A stretch of 57,965 nucleotides of DNA, the filler included, from Diploschistes diacapsis (lineage: Eukaryota): NCBI GenBank assembly GCA_023645945.1. It is 6 parts of 6 records of this genome, joined end to end, with 100 filler letters (N's around TTAATTAATTAA, not from the genome) between each part and the next. Parts side by side here need not be neighbours in the genome. Positions count along the whole stretch, not along the records: positions 9,698 to 19,285 come from JALAIB010001019.1; positions 19,386 to 28,968 come from JALAIB010001020.1; 4 more parts are not named here. One strand, given 5' to 3'. The notes under the pieces were generated by a model. That model saw only the letters and a list, made by a program, of their open reading frames with translations, was not told the origin of the DNA and did no database searches. How positions within the stretch are numbered: the stretch's first letter is position 1; each line of letters starts with the position of its first letter. A program made the position numbers and the translations under genes. This document shows, piece by piece, positions 9,698-22,613 of this stretch.

Positions 9698-12116
9698 CCC
9701 TTATCTTCTCCTAAGACCCATCGCTCATCTCCGATCACCAGGGCCTTCGCAGCCACAGTGCAGCCTCCAACGACAAACATAAAAAACACCAACGGTCGGA
9801 AAAGCGCTGAGCAAACATCCACCCCCCGTATCCGAAAGCCGGGACCGACAATCCCGCAGCGAGACCTGCAACCGGAGGGGACGTCGCGAACCAACCCACA
9901 CGGCCGCTCTCTTGCCGTTCCGTCGGTCGGTTGGCCAATCGACGCTCCTGTCCTTGGCCCACCAGCACTCTTCATTCCCCCCCATCTCCCTTTCGTCCCA
10001 ACCTCCCCTTCCTTCCGAATCGCCAGCCAAGCAGACAGCCACGGAAGCGAACCCAACAGAACCCTTTTTTCCCCCCCCAAAACCCCATACACGCTCGAGG
10101 GAGACCGAGTGGCGACACGTGTCTTTTGGCCCCGGCTTTCTGCGCCAACCAAAAAGACTAGAATTAAAAAAAAAGAAACACAAAATCCACAAGGTATACC
10201 AGGTGCGGGCTGCCACGCACCTGCTGTCTTGAGGGGGGGCAAAGCAGGGTCCGGGGCGCGCGCGAGAGTGAGATAACCCCCCGCGCGCAGCCCCGCGATA
10301 CCGGCTGCATCTTCTGGTCGTCCGTTGCTGGCCTGGAGCGGATGATGTCGACTGGCGCCGTAACGGGGGCTGGGTGGATGGGGGCTGGAGCTACGGGGCT
10401 TGGCGAGGTAAAGACCATGACTATGGCTGAGAATATGCGAGTAGATGGGGAGGGAAGTGCGAGATTTTGGCTGGATGGTATGGGATGGGATTGGAATATA
10501 AGAAGCGATGACCTATGTACTACCGCATACTAACGGTACTAAGACCATCTTTAAGGGGGCACCATCATCGGTAAATTCACAAGCTGCCTGGTGTGACCGG
10601 AAGGAAGTCCCGTACAGTACAGTCACGAATTTTGGAGTGCAATTAGATTAGATGGTGTGCACCCACCTGCCTGACTTTAGACTGCAATGGCATGGTCATA
10701 CTTTTTGTTTGCAGGATGTCGTGCTGCATGACTCCGTTACTCTCTCGGCAGGACTGTATGTCCCAAAGTAGAATGTTGCGGCACAACCCTCGCTTAGCAC
10801 TAGCGTAGCCTTGGAGCCCTAGTTCTTTCACGTGCTCTCAGCATCCGTCTTCGTTGTGGATTACAGAAGATCATGCGGAGTGGATTCTTTTCACTTAATA
10901 GCTCCTTCCAAGACTGAAATTCCAAGGATACCAATAATTATCTCCAATTCTCAATCCGGTTGAGGTAAGGGATTGACTTCTTACACAAGCTCAGGCCAAA
11001 AGCTAACTATACAGTAGTCGCTAGCGAAATGGCGGGCCAACCCCTTTCGCGCCCTGAAAGTCCTCGCTCCCCCACCATTTCACCCCAGAGCTCGTCTCCC
11101 AGTCCCTCTTCTGAAGGGCATGTACTCTCTTTCCCCGACTTCTTTCGCAGGCATGAGCTTTGTCTACGAGCCTCCTTCTTTGGCGGACAAGTTCTGTCTT
11201 CTACTAAGTAGCGGCTCATCCAACATTTCAACTGCAGCCGCTGTCGGCAAAACATGAGTCGGATGAGATTAAAAATATCCTTAGATATGTGCGGCCACTG
11301 CGGGCGACCTTAGTTTTCTACCGTGATCAGCTCACGAAGTTGAATGACCAGGAAGGGCCCACGAGCACAAGTCTAGCTTTCGACACCCAGAGAATTGCGA
11401 TCATGGATGAGGCGGTCCAAGCTGTCCCACCTGATTAGTGAGAGCGTTGAGGGGCTTCAGGAGCTGATGATATAGACCTGCGTGACCAGAGGCATCGTTG
11501 TGGGTAATGGAGCTGCAGCTCGCAGAAGAGCCTGAACGGAAATTGTACTTGCTCGCTGCTGTGAGCCACCTTCTGTGTAATATTGTACAATGCAATCAAG
11601 GACAGTTAGTGCACTGCCAATAGATAACTGGCACTCGTGCTTAACAAATAACGAGGAGTAAGCAGAGAGCAGCCTCTATTTAGGCGACGTAATGCTCGTT
11701 TTCCAAGTGCAATATCCAGCATAACCAGGAAGGATATTTTGATACTGACTGCATAGATAGAAAGAGACCATAGGATCAAACGTGATGGCGGTCTGGAATC
11801 ACGAGAAATCAGCACTGGGTCAGTATAATATGGTTAGTCGTAGGAAGTTCCACATCTTGTAGCACAGTCCGCCGTTGAATGCACAGTCCCTGTCAAAGCA
11901 CCCTTCTCTGACGTCGCTAAGATCCCGGTATATATTCCATTAGATTGATGATTATACTTGGCGTATGATCGGCGTAATCTTCGAAACATATAAAAGCAGA
12001 ATTCTTTTTCTCTGGAATTTCTTCGTCATCCACCACACTTAGAATCGCAGTAATTGCGGCAGTAAACTGGAATACAATTTCCGGGCTTCTGACCTTCAAG
12101 TATCCGGGTACTGAGC

Positions 12117-12887
12117 ATGGAGAGCCAAACTTCAAAGACCTTCCAAGGAGTGAGAGCCTGGCTGAAGGAGTATTTCCCAGACGACAGCGATCGACTCTTA
12201 CAACTCGGTGCAAGGTAAGCAGTATGCCTATCAGGGACGCAGTCAGGATTTGACGAGCAGATTGAGCGAAGCTGTACTTGCTCTGAACACGGAAGTCCTC
12301 AGCAAACAGTGGACGGATTTTAAAGAGTTCGTGGATCATGTAGAGTCATTGAGTCCCTGCACCGGATCAGATTGCCAAAAGTAAGTGTCTCAGCCAGATG
12401 TTCTTACACTTCTGGAATACCCATTCAGTCATCTATCTTCGCCGCTAACACGTCATATGATGGCAGCGACCACGAAGTAGTATTGGACATTTTGAGGAAG
12501 CAGAATTATCGTATCGGCCGCGGGGCACTCGGAATTTTGATTCTCTATGAGCAACGCAAAGAAGAATGGGAGAAAGACAAGAAGACACTCGAATCGGAGT
12601 TTGATAACAGTGAGGACTGTATTCAAAAAAGAGAAGATTCCAAGAAGAAAGAGGAAGAGGCAACGCTTCTGATTAAGGACACTCTTGACGATCTGCGAGT
12701 CTCTGGGCGTTTCCTAGAGCTCATGGACAGTCCCATGAAGCGCAGATGGGTATGCATGGTGAAGCGAGGCAAAGTAAAAGAACAAAAACTTGACAACCCC
12801 GGTCGCATGCGAGACGCCATTATGATTCTGATCAACGAAATGGACGGAACAGACTGGGACGAATCAAAATTTTCTATCGAGGGTTGA
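12117..12887 (+). CDS. Hypothetical protein, 3 exons, charged coiled-coil-like C-terminal half
   Basis: Introns at about 12213-12260 (GTAAGC...TTGAC...CAG) and 12381-12466 (GTAAGT...GCTAAC...CAG) join stop-free exons in frame: MESQTSKTFQGVRAWLKEYFPDDSDRLLQLGAR/LSEAVLALN...DCQN/DHEVVLDILRKQ...FSIEG. No family recognised. Confidence 0.55.
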
Positions 12888-15800
12888 GCGGTTAATCACT
12901 GCATACATGTCAAAGAGACTGTCACCTCTGGAAGCTCGGATATCGAGATCTAATAGAAGCAATTGTTGATTCGGCCAGCCCCCAAACCTTAGCTGATGCA
13001 GATGAAATAAGTTTATGACTATTAGCTTGGTACCCTGAATTATGTGATGATTTCAGATGATCTTTGTTCTTAAAACCCTTATCGCCGGTGCTATACGCTT
13101 TTGGTCATTATCCAGCGAGAATGGCTCTGTAACTGGCAAAGACCCCCCCATGTCTCGACGGTCACGACGGTCACGAAGAGAAGTCGAAAACCAGTCTTAT
13201 TAGGCCCTAACATGACATGGCCAGCTATACAAATACTGCAAAGGCAATCAAATATTCCATGCTGCCCAGCAGTCAAGTACAATATCGATGACGTCCCCTG
13301 TCCATGATGGCGTTCTCGGTGAGAAACTGCTGTTATGTATGGTCTCCATTTGTCTCCCAGCCGATAATGCGATGCTATACTATTGCTGAGTCGCCCTCAA
13401 AAGCTAAAACGTGATTGGCCGTGACCGTCTATTTAATCGTTCAGATCCACGGTCTTTTTCTTCTTGCTCTTCTGTATTGAATACTGGGCAGGATCGTTAT
13501 TGTCCCCATTCAACAAATCACCAGTCAAGGTACTGTTTCTTACTATTTATTTCCTTCTGTTCTGATGCTAAATAGCAGTAGTTGCTACTGTCCTTCACAT
13601 CAACTGCGGTAACTATATCCCAATTTCAACCTCTTTGAGTTACTGACAGGCGGCACGAGAAATTCATCGAGATTATTAAGTTATGGCAGAGCAAGCAAAC
13701 AAGGTCGCTAAGGTGACAAACATGCCGCTTACTACATACTCCACTGAGCTAGAACGGTATAATCCTCATGCCATGTTTTGATTCTCATGCAGCAGGAAGC
13801 TAAGCACTTATAGCCTGTATGCGTGGAAGCTTGCATCTCTTTCAGAGCTTCGCCGAATTGCAACAACCTTGAATGAGATCCAGCATACCCCGAATAATTT
13901 GGTCGGACACTTAGGACTTATGCAACAGGAACTTGGCGATCTCAAAAGTAATGTTCAACGCATAAGCACCACAAATGATAGGCCCCCGGATTGCACATGT
14001 CTTCGCCAAGTGGAATCGAACAATGAGCCCGAGAATCATATCTCTGCGTGTCCGATAGAATGCAATCCGTTGGCCTCGGTTGGGATGAATACCTACTCTT
14101 AACGGCAGGCGCCTTTATATGGGAAAATGGCGGCTAAGGTACTTCTTCTACCCGATTAAGTATAGTGCTGATCTTTAGCTGGTTGCATTCTTGCACCTCT
14201 GGGCCAACAACCTGGTACAGACGAAGGAGCATTGAAGAGGAAGAGGGATCAGATGTGGTCCGCAGGCTGAGGTTTGGAACTAGCGCTTAGTTTGACACAA
14301 TTTATCGAAAATTGAAGATCAGCTTGTTATTGCGTTGTTATTTGTCGGGTTGGGAACTACTCTGTGATAGATTCTATACTGTGCGATTTTGTTGCATCCA
14401 GTAGCTCCAAAAGGAGCCCATAACCATACATTGTAGCCCTGGTCATCAAAACTTATATTCTCCTCTTCGCTGTGGCTCATTTACTGTCCAGCTTTATGCA
14501 TCAAGTTTTTTGAGATAAGCGTTGATGCTTCTGTTGTCAGTGCGCTTTTTCAAGAACTAAGGATTGGTTATGCAACAGTGATTTAGTAGACTACTGTTAT
14601 CCTATAAGCCATCCGTGATATTGCAGAGAAGTGTTGTCACCAGGAAATAATCCTACTTGAAGACTGCATGAAGATAGCCTGATAAAGACTGAGGGACTGT
14701 ATCAGTGCAGTCAAAGTCACGTGGTCTCGCTTAGATAGCTTGAGCGGCTAAGGGTTTCGGGTAGCTTTAAGCATTACTGCTTTAGGAATCTAAGCTTTTG
14801 GGGTTCTCAATCTCATCTATCGTATATCTACTACTAGTTGACAATGTGAGTCATAACTGTCTGTGATGATACAACACATGTGGTGGTGGTAAACACTGTC
14901 AGAGGTGTTTCCAAACCGTATTGATGTATCTCGTGCAAATTCCATCTCGTTAATTATTTGTCTGTCGAGGGGGTAGTGATTCTTGTGATAAGCAAGGAAG
15001 ATGAAGTGTCTGGTGCAACTTGCTTACGACTCTCATTGAATCCTTCTGTCCTTGATTGAACCTTGGGTGAGGACAGTAATGCTGTGAAGAGAGTGGGCAA
15101 GTGGGAAAGAGGGAGGTTGTTGCGCATCCGAAAAGAGAGTATGGGATTGAAAAGGAACATCCAGGGTGCCTGTATTACCACAAGCTTTGAAGGAACCATA
15201 GTCTCATATCAAGTATGCGAATATCGTGGAAATTAGTGGCCCCACGATGACAACAGCAGTTCATCCGTTTAGGTATGGTCCAAGAGAGCGAGAGGTACTG
15301 GGTGGCGTTGGAGAAACTCTCTGGCAGGGTCCAGCAATGGCGCTTTGCACCGGTAGCGGACAAGAGGCCAGCATATTGAAGAAGTACCGGAGGTTTTGGT
15401 CAATTGAGTTAGAGATGAAGGCGAAAAGCTAGACGGGACGATGATAATTTCACCAAGCCCACAACACACACCCCAGAGCGTCCTCTTCTTCCTACAAACA
15501 GTGCTGCTACTGCGATCACCACCTACGCAAGTTTTTCTTCGCTCATGCAGCAGAAATCAGCACTTCTATTCATACCCAGCTCAAAAAAGAACAATAACTG
15601 CAAGGTCTCCAATTCTCTATCTGCACCTAGCTTCCATTCTGCCCACTTGATTGAGGCTAAGGATTGATACTCCGAACGGACCTACCATAATAGCATCGAG
15701 CACGGGTACCGCGAGCCCCTGTATTGGGTAACTCCTCCCCCTCCCCACTCAACATTCCGCCCCCCTTCCAAACCTAACGAACCACAGACTCCGCGCCCAA

Positions 15801-16792
15801 AAGGCCCGCGCCCAGTGGAGCGCCGGCCACCTCTCCTCCCAAATCCTTTGGCTTCCACGCCGAACACGTAGTGCAAATAGCCTGCTGCAAGGGGATTCGC
15901 TACAAAACGGTCAACGCGGTACGTGCCATGGCTCGCGACAGGGGATTTCGTCCAAGCCGCGACTGGGTGCCGCCTCTGACCCCGGTGTAGGCGGGAATGT
16001 TTGGTATACTAGCGGCGAACGACAGGATGCTCAGGTGCCTCGAGAGGATGGCGTTGCGGGCTTGTGGGGGGCCGAGGGTAATGCTTGAGTGTGGTTATGG
16101 GCGGGCTCGGGGTTGAGGGATTGAGGTTGGGGATGTGGAAGGTGCGAGTAGAGATAGTTCATGTCTTTGGGGTAGGGCGGACCGACGTGACATAGCAGAC
16201 TCGATAATGGAGATAGAAGGGTTTGAGGGGAGAGGGAGGGAGGGAGTGAGATGAAGAAGAAGAAGCTAGGGGAGGCGAGAAAGGGAGCTTGAGCAATGAA
16301 AATGAACATCGAAACATGAAGCTCAACTTAATACCCGATGAATGCATGCTCACTGAAGGATCCCATACTCATCGATTTGTAGCAACTTTCTAACATACAA
16401 GCATGGATATTGAGCGCAATCAGCAAGCTTCATATTCTCCGAAGCAGCCACCCAGCGTGTAGTTTTCTAGCATCATAAACCTAACGCCAACCTTCATATC
16501 GCATCTCCAACATGTTGACAGTCTTGCATTTCCTCGGCCGTCAAAGCAATAAAGCAGCCATGGTAAGACCCGTAACGAATTCCTGGACGAATCACAACCA
16601 AGCCATGGCCACCAAGCATTCCATCATCCAAGCAAGCTTCCCGAGGATCAGCTTCGCAGCGTTAAAGTGCGAGGAAGCTTGCTGCCTCGTTCCACGAATA
16701 GCTACCTTTTAGCCAGGGTCGTAACCACCAGCTAGCAAAACAGATCGCTGTCGCAGGAATAACATCACGACAGCGGTCATCTCATCATCAAT

Positions 16793-18771
16793 CTACCCCC
16801 TCTCCTTAGGTCTTGCCAAGAAGCTTAGCCTGCTCAAACTCAGCCCCTTCTTTCCCTCGGCACCACCCGTATTCTTCTGCGGCGAGATCCCTGTAGGTCG
16901 CCTGTTCCGGAACAGCTTCCTCCTAGCCATTGGCGACGCTGCTCCTGGTCCTGGAGTAGGAGGCGGAGGCGCCATCTTGCCTAGTCCCAGTCGAGCTTTC
17001 TTAGCTGGGCTACCTTCAGTCTCTTCTTTGACAGGTGGCCGGTTTTCCTGGGCCTCTGTGCTCCGACATTCGTCTTCGTCATCGTTTGCACGGCGGCGCT
17101 TCTTGTTAGGCATCCCGTGAGGGACGGCGGGTAAGGGTTCGAAGGGGCTAAGAGCGGTAGGGATTCCGCTAGGTCGGACGTGGCGGATAGTGGTGGGTGC
17201 GACTCTGTGGCTGGGACCTGCGAAGCTGATTTGTTTGACGGCCCGGAAAGAGAAATCACCTGGAGCAGGAGGGTGGGAAGTTAAGGGGCCGGCTTTGTCC
17301 AGGGAAGGGTAAGAGACCTTTCCTGGGGAAGGAATTTTGATGGTTTGTTGCGCTGCAGTGGCAACCTTGGTTGGTGACGGAGACGCAGAGGCGAGCTCAT
17401 CGGCGAATCCAACACGTTTTGTGGGTGAGCGGATAGGCGTGCAAGTGACGCTGCTTTGAGTGGCTGTTGTCATTGTGACCGGCGCTGGGAGGTGTGTCCC
17501 GGCCGCGATCTTTACAGGATCGTTGGAGAATTTGAGCTGGGGCTTTTGGAGAATGGACTTCATGCTAACAGATTTCTTCAAGCCGACAGGGTATTTGTTG
17601 GCGCCGTCAGTCTTGGAGGCAGGAGAGACAAGTTCCTTTGTTGACTTTGAGTGATTAAGTGTAGGAAGCTTAGAGGTCTTCAAGTTCCTGACACTTTGTG
17701 AGCGCGCAAGAGACGCCTTGGTTGGAGTTGTGACAGCAGACGGCAGAGGGCGAGGAAGTGGAATCGCAGTCGATGGTCCATCGCGAGAGATTGGGCGAGC
17801 AGTGGATACATCGTCATTTACGGCCTTCTTGGCACGCTTGCCAGGGGAGCTGTTTTCCAGACGGTCACTGTCAGAGAAGTCGCAGAGATCAGCTTTGGAT
17901 TGGGTCCTCTTCAATGTAGCTTCTGCAGCGGATTTGTTCTTCCATACGGAACCATGAGTGGCGATCGAATCCATTTTCTTGAATTCCTCCTTATGCGCGT
18001 CACTGAAGCGCCCAGATTTGCCCTTGGCTTTGGCGATATCCCTATTTCCTATTGCGCCGATCTGGTCCGCCTCTTCTTCCTTTCGAGATTGCTCGTCACG
18101 CTCAGCTCGCATCTTCTCCTTGATCCTAGCTGCTTCCTCACGAACGCTCTCCATGATGCGTTGCGCTTCAGAGCTGAGGCTATTGTCAGGCCGGTTGAAC
18201 TTGAACTCGAAATCATCCGGTGCGATAGCCGATTTGGAGGGTGTAGCTTCTGCCGCAGGAACCTTCTCTTTCTCTTTGATGTCCGAGAATCCAAGGCGTA
18301 GGCCAGAGTCTGGAGCTTTCATGGTGCTTTGATGTACTTTACTGGGATGCATTTCGTCGAGACCTGGTTCCGGACGCGCGGATTGCGGTGTGGTTATACT
18401 GTCATCAATGAAAGCTCCAGGAATGGAGCGAAACTCTGGAGTAGGAGATGCGATAATGGCATTGAGACTTTGGTTCTCTCTGGGGCTTTCTTCGCGCTCG
18501 AGAAGGGAAGAAAGCTTATTTGCAGCATAGCCAACAACTCCACGGTACTGAGACTAGTCAGTATTCAAGTAAGCAATGGGAAGTTTAGCATAGAAGATCA
18601 ACTAGATCAACATCATCTGGCGATTGGGGAGACTAGAGCACGTTCCGTTCCCGACGGAAGATTAATGGCAAGAGTACCTGCACATGCCTTTGATACAGGA
18701 GGGAAAGCACCACTTACCACGGCAGGCTGCTGGCTCTTCAACCGCGCCGAACGACGACGCGGTGTTGGCAT
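16793..18771 (-). CDS. Basic, Ser/Pro-rich disordered protein with a NuSAP-like motif (resembles a fungal family often labelled 'erythromycin esterase'; no esterase motifs seen)
   Basis: Exon 1 MPTPRRRSARLKSQQPAV. Intron 18554-18717 (GTAAGT...ACTGAC.TAG) joins in frame to the 519-aa ORF. Blocks MHPSKVHQST..PDSGL.LGF, GRFSDAHKEEFKKMDSI, FSNDPVKIAAGTH, LSLSRLSFLARPKER. Confidence 0.85.
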
Positions 18772-18959
18772 CTTTACTTTGCTCTCTTGCAAGTAAGAGA
18801 TCTCAAAGCTTTAAAGGACTAAAGTATTTGAGATCGAACGCAAAGGCTGAGCTCGCAATAAGACCAGCAATCGCCCAAAAGATGGCGTAGCTTCAAGGCT
18901 GCTCTCGAAAATCGTTCGGTGTGGGGGTCCAGAAGTACTGAGCAGGCTCAGTGAGCGGT

Positions 18960-19065
18960 TGTTTACTTTGCTAACCAGCTTTCCCTAATCTAGCCTAGCT
19001 GTTTTCTATCGTAAACAGAGGTCGCGCGTCCTGCAAGTTAAAACTCACCAAAACTGGGTCACGTG
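18960..19065. promoter_or_regulatory. Putative promoter elements: two inverted forkhead sites, CGCG element, bHLH E-box
   Basis: TGTTTAC at 18960-18966, GTAAACA at 19011-19017, CGCGCG at about 19023 and GTCACGTG at 19058-19065, all 190-290 bp upstream of the ATG at 18771. Consensus matches only. Confidence 0.35.
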
Positions 19066-19285
19066 GCTGCCAAGCGGGAGCAACAATATGACCGCGGGTC
19101 AACGTCACCACGTTACTTTATACCTCATCAATCCTCCTTCCTCTAATTGATGCAACAACTCCTTCAGGTTCTCCCTACACTAACTAAATTCATCCACCAA
19201 TTCCAAGAACACACCAGAATGTCCTCTTCCCTCGGTCTCGGGGTTCCATTCCCCAAACTGCTGCGTAATACCTCCCACTCCTCCC

Positions 19286-19385
19286 NNNNNNNNNNNNNNN
19301 NNNNNNNNNNNNNNNNNNNNNNNNNNNNNTTAATTAATTAANNNNNNNNNNNNNNNNNNNNNNNNNNNNNNNNNNNNNNNNNNNN
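19286..19385. other. Artificial contig spacer
   Basis: N44-TTAATTAATTAA-N44. Confidence 0.98.
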
Positions 19386-20901
19386 GCGCCGCCGTCCTCG
19401 CATCCCACAGCCCCTCCCTCGCGGGATAACTCTCCAACAGCCCCACCGCGGCGCTGCGCGTGCGCATGACCTCGCACTCCGTCACAACGTAGTACAGCGG
19501 CGGCACAATGCTATACTCGAGCGCGAACAGCGGCACGCCGTTCGGCCTGTAGGCCGCGCCGGGGGTCGAGGCGGCGGAGCGCTTGAGGCTCTCGAGCACC
19601 GACCGGCCCAGGGACACGATGGCCTCGAAGCGGGCCTGGTGGGCGTCCGGGCCCAGGGAGGGCGGCTGGGGGAGATGGGGGAGGCCCTTGGAGAGCATGA
19701 GCGAGACGGCGTGGTGCATCATCTTCACGACGTAGGAGCCGCGGATGTCGCGCGCGGACATGCGGTGCGTGTGGGAGCGCACGAAGGCGTCGAGCCGGAG
19801 GCCGAGGGTGCGGAGGTCGCATTGGAGCCGGTGGAACTCTGCGCCGACGTTCTCGGGAATAGAGGCCGCGTGCAGCGGGCGGTAGGCGCGGCGCGCGGTC
19901 AGGAAGCCGATGACCTGCTTGCTTGCTGCGGTCAGCTCGGTCTTGGCTTGGCGGAGGGTGGGCAGCTTCGTGGAGACGGGCGGCTGCTGGGTCAGGGCGC
20001 GTTCGGTTACTTTGAGCTTCGGGCTGCGGAAGGGGAGGAAGACGGTGGCTTGGTTGTCGAGGTGCGCGAAGAGGGGGAGCAGGTGCTGTCGGAAGTCGTT
20101 CGATGTTTGCGACGACGAAGCGTCGACGGAGTGAGCGGACCACTCGTTGCAGATTTGCAGCCCGTTCTCAATGTGCCGCACCGCGTCCGCCTGGTTGCCG
20201 AGGACGTTCTCGAAACACACGAACAGCACACAGCAGACGAGCGCAAGCTCCATGGCGTCGCGCGAAGGGCGGGTCAGGGCGGAGGAGAGCAGCTTAATGG
20301 CGGTGGAGTACTGTTGCAGCGCGAGGCGGCGGTTGGTGCTGACGAGAAGGCTGTTGGGGTGCGGGGAGGAGGATTGGCGTATAGTTTCGTGGATCGCGGC
20401 AAAAGCGACGATGGCGTGGCGCACGGCGGGCTGCGCGGAAGAGCACTGGAAGACCAGCCGCGACCAGAAGTCGGACTCGAAGTAGGCTTGTAGCTCGGGT
20501 AGCACATTTTCGCGCATGTAGGCGATAGCGCGGGATTCTTTGGTGTTGCATAGTGCCGTAAGGATCGCGGAGCTGGGGTCCGTGAGCGCGGCGGGTGAGT
20601 CGGCGTAGCCGTCGCATCTGCGGCCGGTGCCGGTGCAGCGGGAGCTGAGGGCAGAGGATAGTTAGTTTGGTGATTACTGATGGACAGTCAAGGGGACAGC
20701 AAAGCGGAACTGGATACACACCAGAAAGGCCTCGCTTCGTCGCATTTCACATGACGGATTCTGTAGTTTTATGTCAGATACCGTGGGTCTATCTCGGTAG
20801 AATGCTTACCGGCACGTGATGCAGCCCCTTCTCGACCTCCTGCCCGAATTTCTTATGCGACGGTCAACCCTGACAGCTTTGCCAAGGTTATTGTCAACCA
20901 T
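19386..20901 (-). CDS. Zn(II)2Cys6 transcription factor, 3'-truncated by contig end
   Basis: Spliced (introns 20761-20809 and 20645-20721) GCITCRIRHVKCDEARPFCSRCTGTGRRCDGY binuclear cluster, followed by a fungal TF-type domain (FWSRLV...PAVRHAIVA...ALQQYSTAI...REGLWD). Confidence 0.92.
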
Positions 20902-22613
20902 GATGGTATTTAAGTGGTTAGATAGTATGGAGGCATTGAAAAGGGGATCAGAATTCCTGATTTGCAAGAGCTGGTAATATCTGAAGGCAGTCCATCACCG
21001 ATGGGATACGCTTACATAAGATCGGGCCCTCGGACTCGATAATGGGGTTATATTATGGGCTTCAAACCATCTTGAACCTTTTCTTCACATGATTTCCTTG
21101 TCAGCGGTGGGATTATTCTTTTGACTTGCAGCATTTACTCTTGATTTGCTATCACGCATGTTTCAGTGCGAACCTGACTCGAAAAGAGTGAGACCCAACT
21201 GGACACCGTGAGCATTGCATTGCCCGTGGCTTGGACTCTTATCTCCACCCGCGCCATTATCCATTATCCTGGGCGACAGCAACAGCCTCGCGGAATATTG
21301 ACGGAATCATCAAACAATGCAAGGATAGAATGCAAAGGCTAGAAACGGGCGTTATTGGGCGCGAAAAACAGGCGATGCCCATGCTGGATGCTAAATTGGG
21401 AGTTTTCTCGAGTATCACGAAGAAGCTGGGCCAGCATTCCATGCATTTGTCGTTCGAGAAACCAAGGTAGACTGTTTGCGTCTCTCCGCGGCACCTAGTA
21501 TACTTTGTGACACGACACGTATGTTCCTTGTTGCTAATGGGAAGTTTCGCGCGGAACCAGGGCTGTTGGAAGAGCGAGTAAGTAAGTGAGTGTCTTAGTG
21601 AGGAGGCTCTCTCGGTGGGTCAGTGTTGTTTTGCCGGGTCTTGCGGACATGCACTTGTTATGTGTTATGTATTTATTTCCATGCTCTGTTCCCATGCTGC
21701 CCATGCTGCCCCATTAGAGTATAGTCCTTGTTCTCAACGGCTTTTTGTGGACAGTATCGCCAAGAAGAAGCTTCCAGATGCGCGCCCTTTCACATTTTGC
21801 TTTTTTTTTTTTTTTTTGTTGCGTTTTTGCGTGTTCTGGCCCAGCAGGCCCATGCAGGAGCCTAGACCGGTCTCTTTCACTCGCACCCACAAACCTAGCC
21901 TCCTTCAAACTTCCTTCCTCCTCCTAAACTATCGCCTTGCTCAAAGACCCAACAACCACATGCTAGTTACAGCACGCATACGCGTACTACTCCTGCTACT
22001 ACCTAGTATGCTACTGGTATTAGTGTGATTAGTCAATCAAGTACGAGGTAAGTACCAGGCACCCAACTATTTCGAAGAAAAAAACTTACAGGCCTGCCAG
22101 CCAGCCCAGCCAGCCTGCTCTGCCAGGTCGACCAACGTCCCCAGAAAAGCCACCTTCTGCACGCTACTACTGCTACTACTACTGGCATCTGTATCTTCCC
22201 AATTTCCGCTGGACATTACTCCTATATTGCTGCCCACTCTTATCCGAACTTTCCATCCTCGTGTCCCGGGCTCTGCTCGCCCACCGCCGCCATTTCTTTG
22301 ATAGTCCGCTAGATTTTGCTTCTGTATGCCTTTCGTCGCCTATATCGTGGGCTGATCTCCCCCCTTCCATTCTCCCATTGCATTCGTCGCAAGAGTGGTA
22401 TCGTTCGTGGCTGAGAAATCAGCACAGACATCAATCCATCCGTCTTGGAAATCTTTTCAAAAACCCATATTTCTTGAATGGCCACCCATTAATCGTGCTA
22501 GAGTCTTTGTGCCTCTGACGGCAGGTTTGATCACCTACCTCGCTTTCTGCGCGAAGCCAATGCGTGAAGATGTTGTTGATATCCTGCCAAACTCAAATGT
22601 GCAGCTAGCGACG

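Noticed and set aside
9698..10418. Overlapping ORFs at the start of contig 2, including MVFTSPSPVAPAP... on the minus strand
   Set aside because: A plausible ATG and donor exist, but I could not build a coherent spliced CDS or recognise a domain before the contig end.
15660..16150. Intron-like element (about 15728-15787) with flanking open frames
   Set aside because: All three frames give short or unconvincing products with no motif.
19219..19285. Start of a plus-strand gene (MSSSLGLGVPFPKLLRN) divergent from the NuSAP-like gene
   Set aside because: Only 22 codons before the contig end; cannot be identified.
19511..20493. Long alternative-frame and antisense ORFs over the Zn2Cys6 gene (likewise over GH76, ARP4 and hapB)
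   Set aside because: Expected shadow ORFs in GC-rich coding DNA; no independent motifs.
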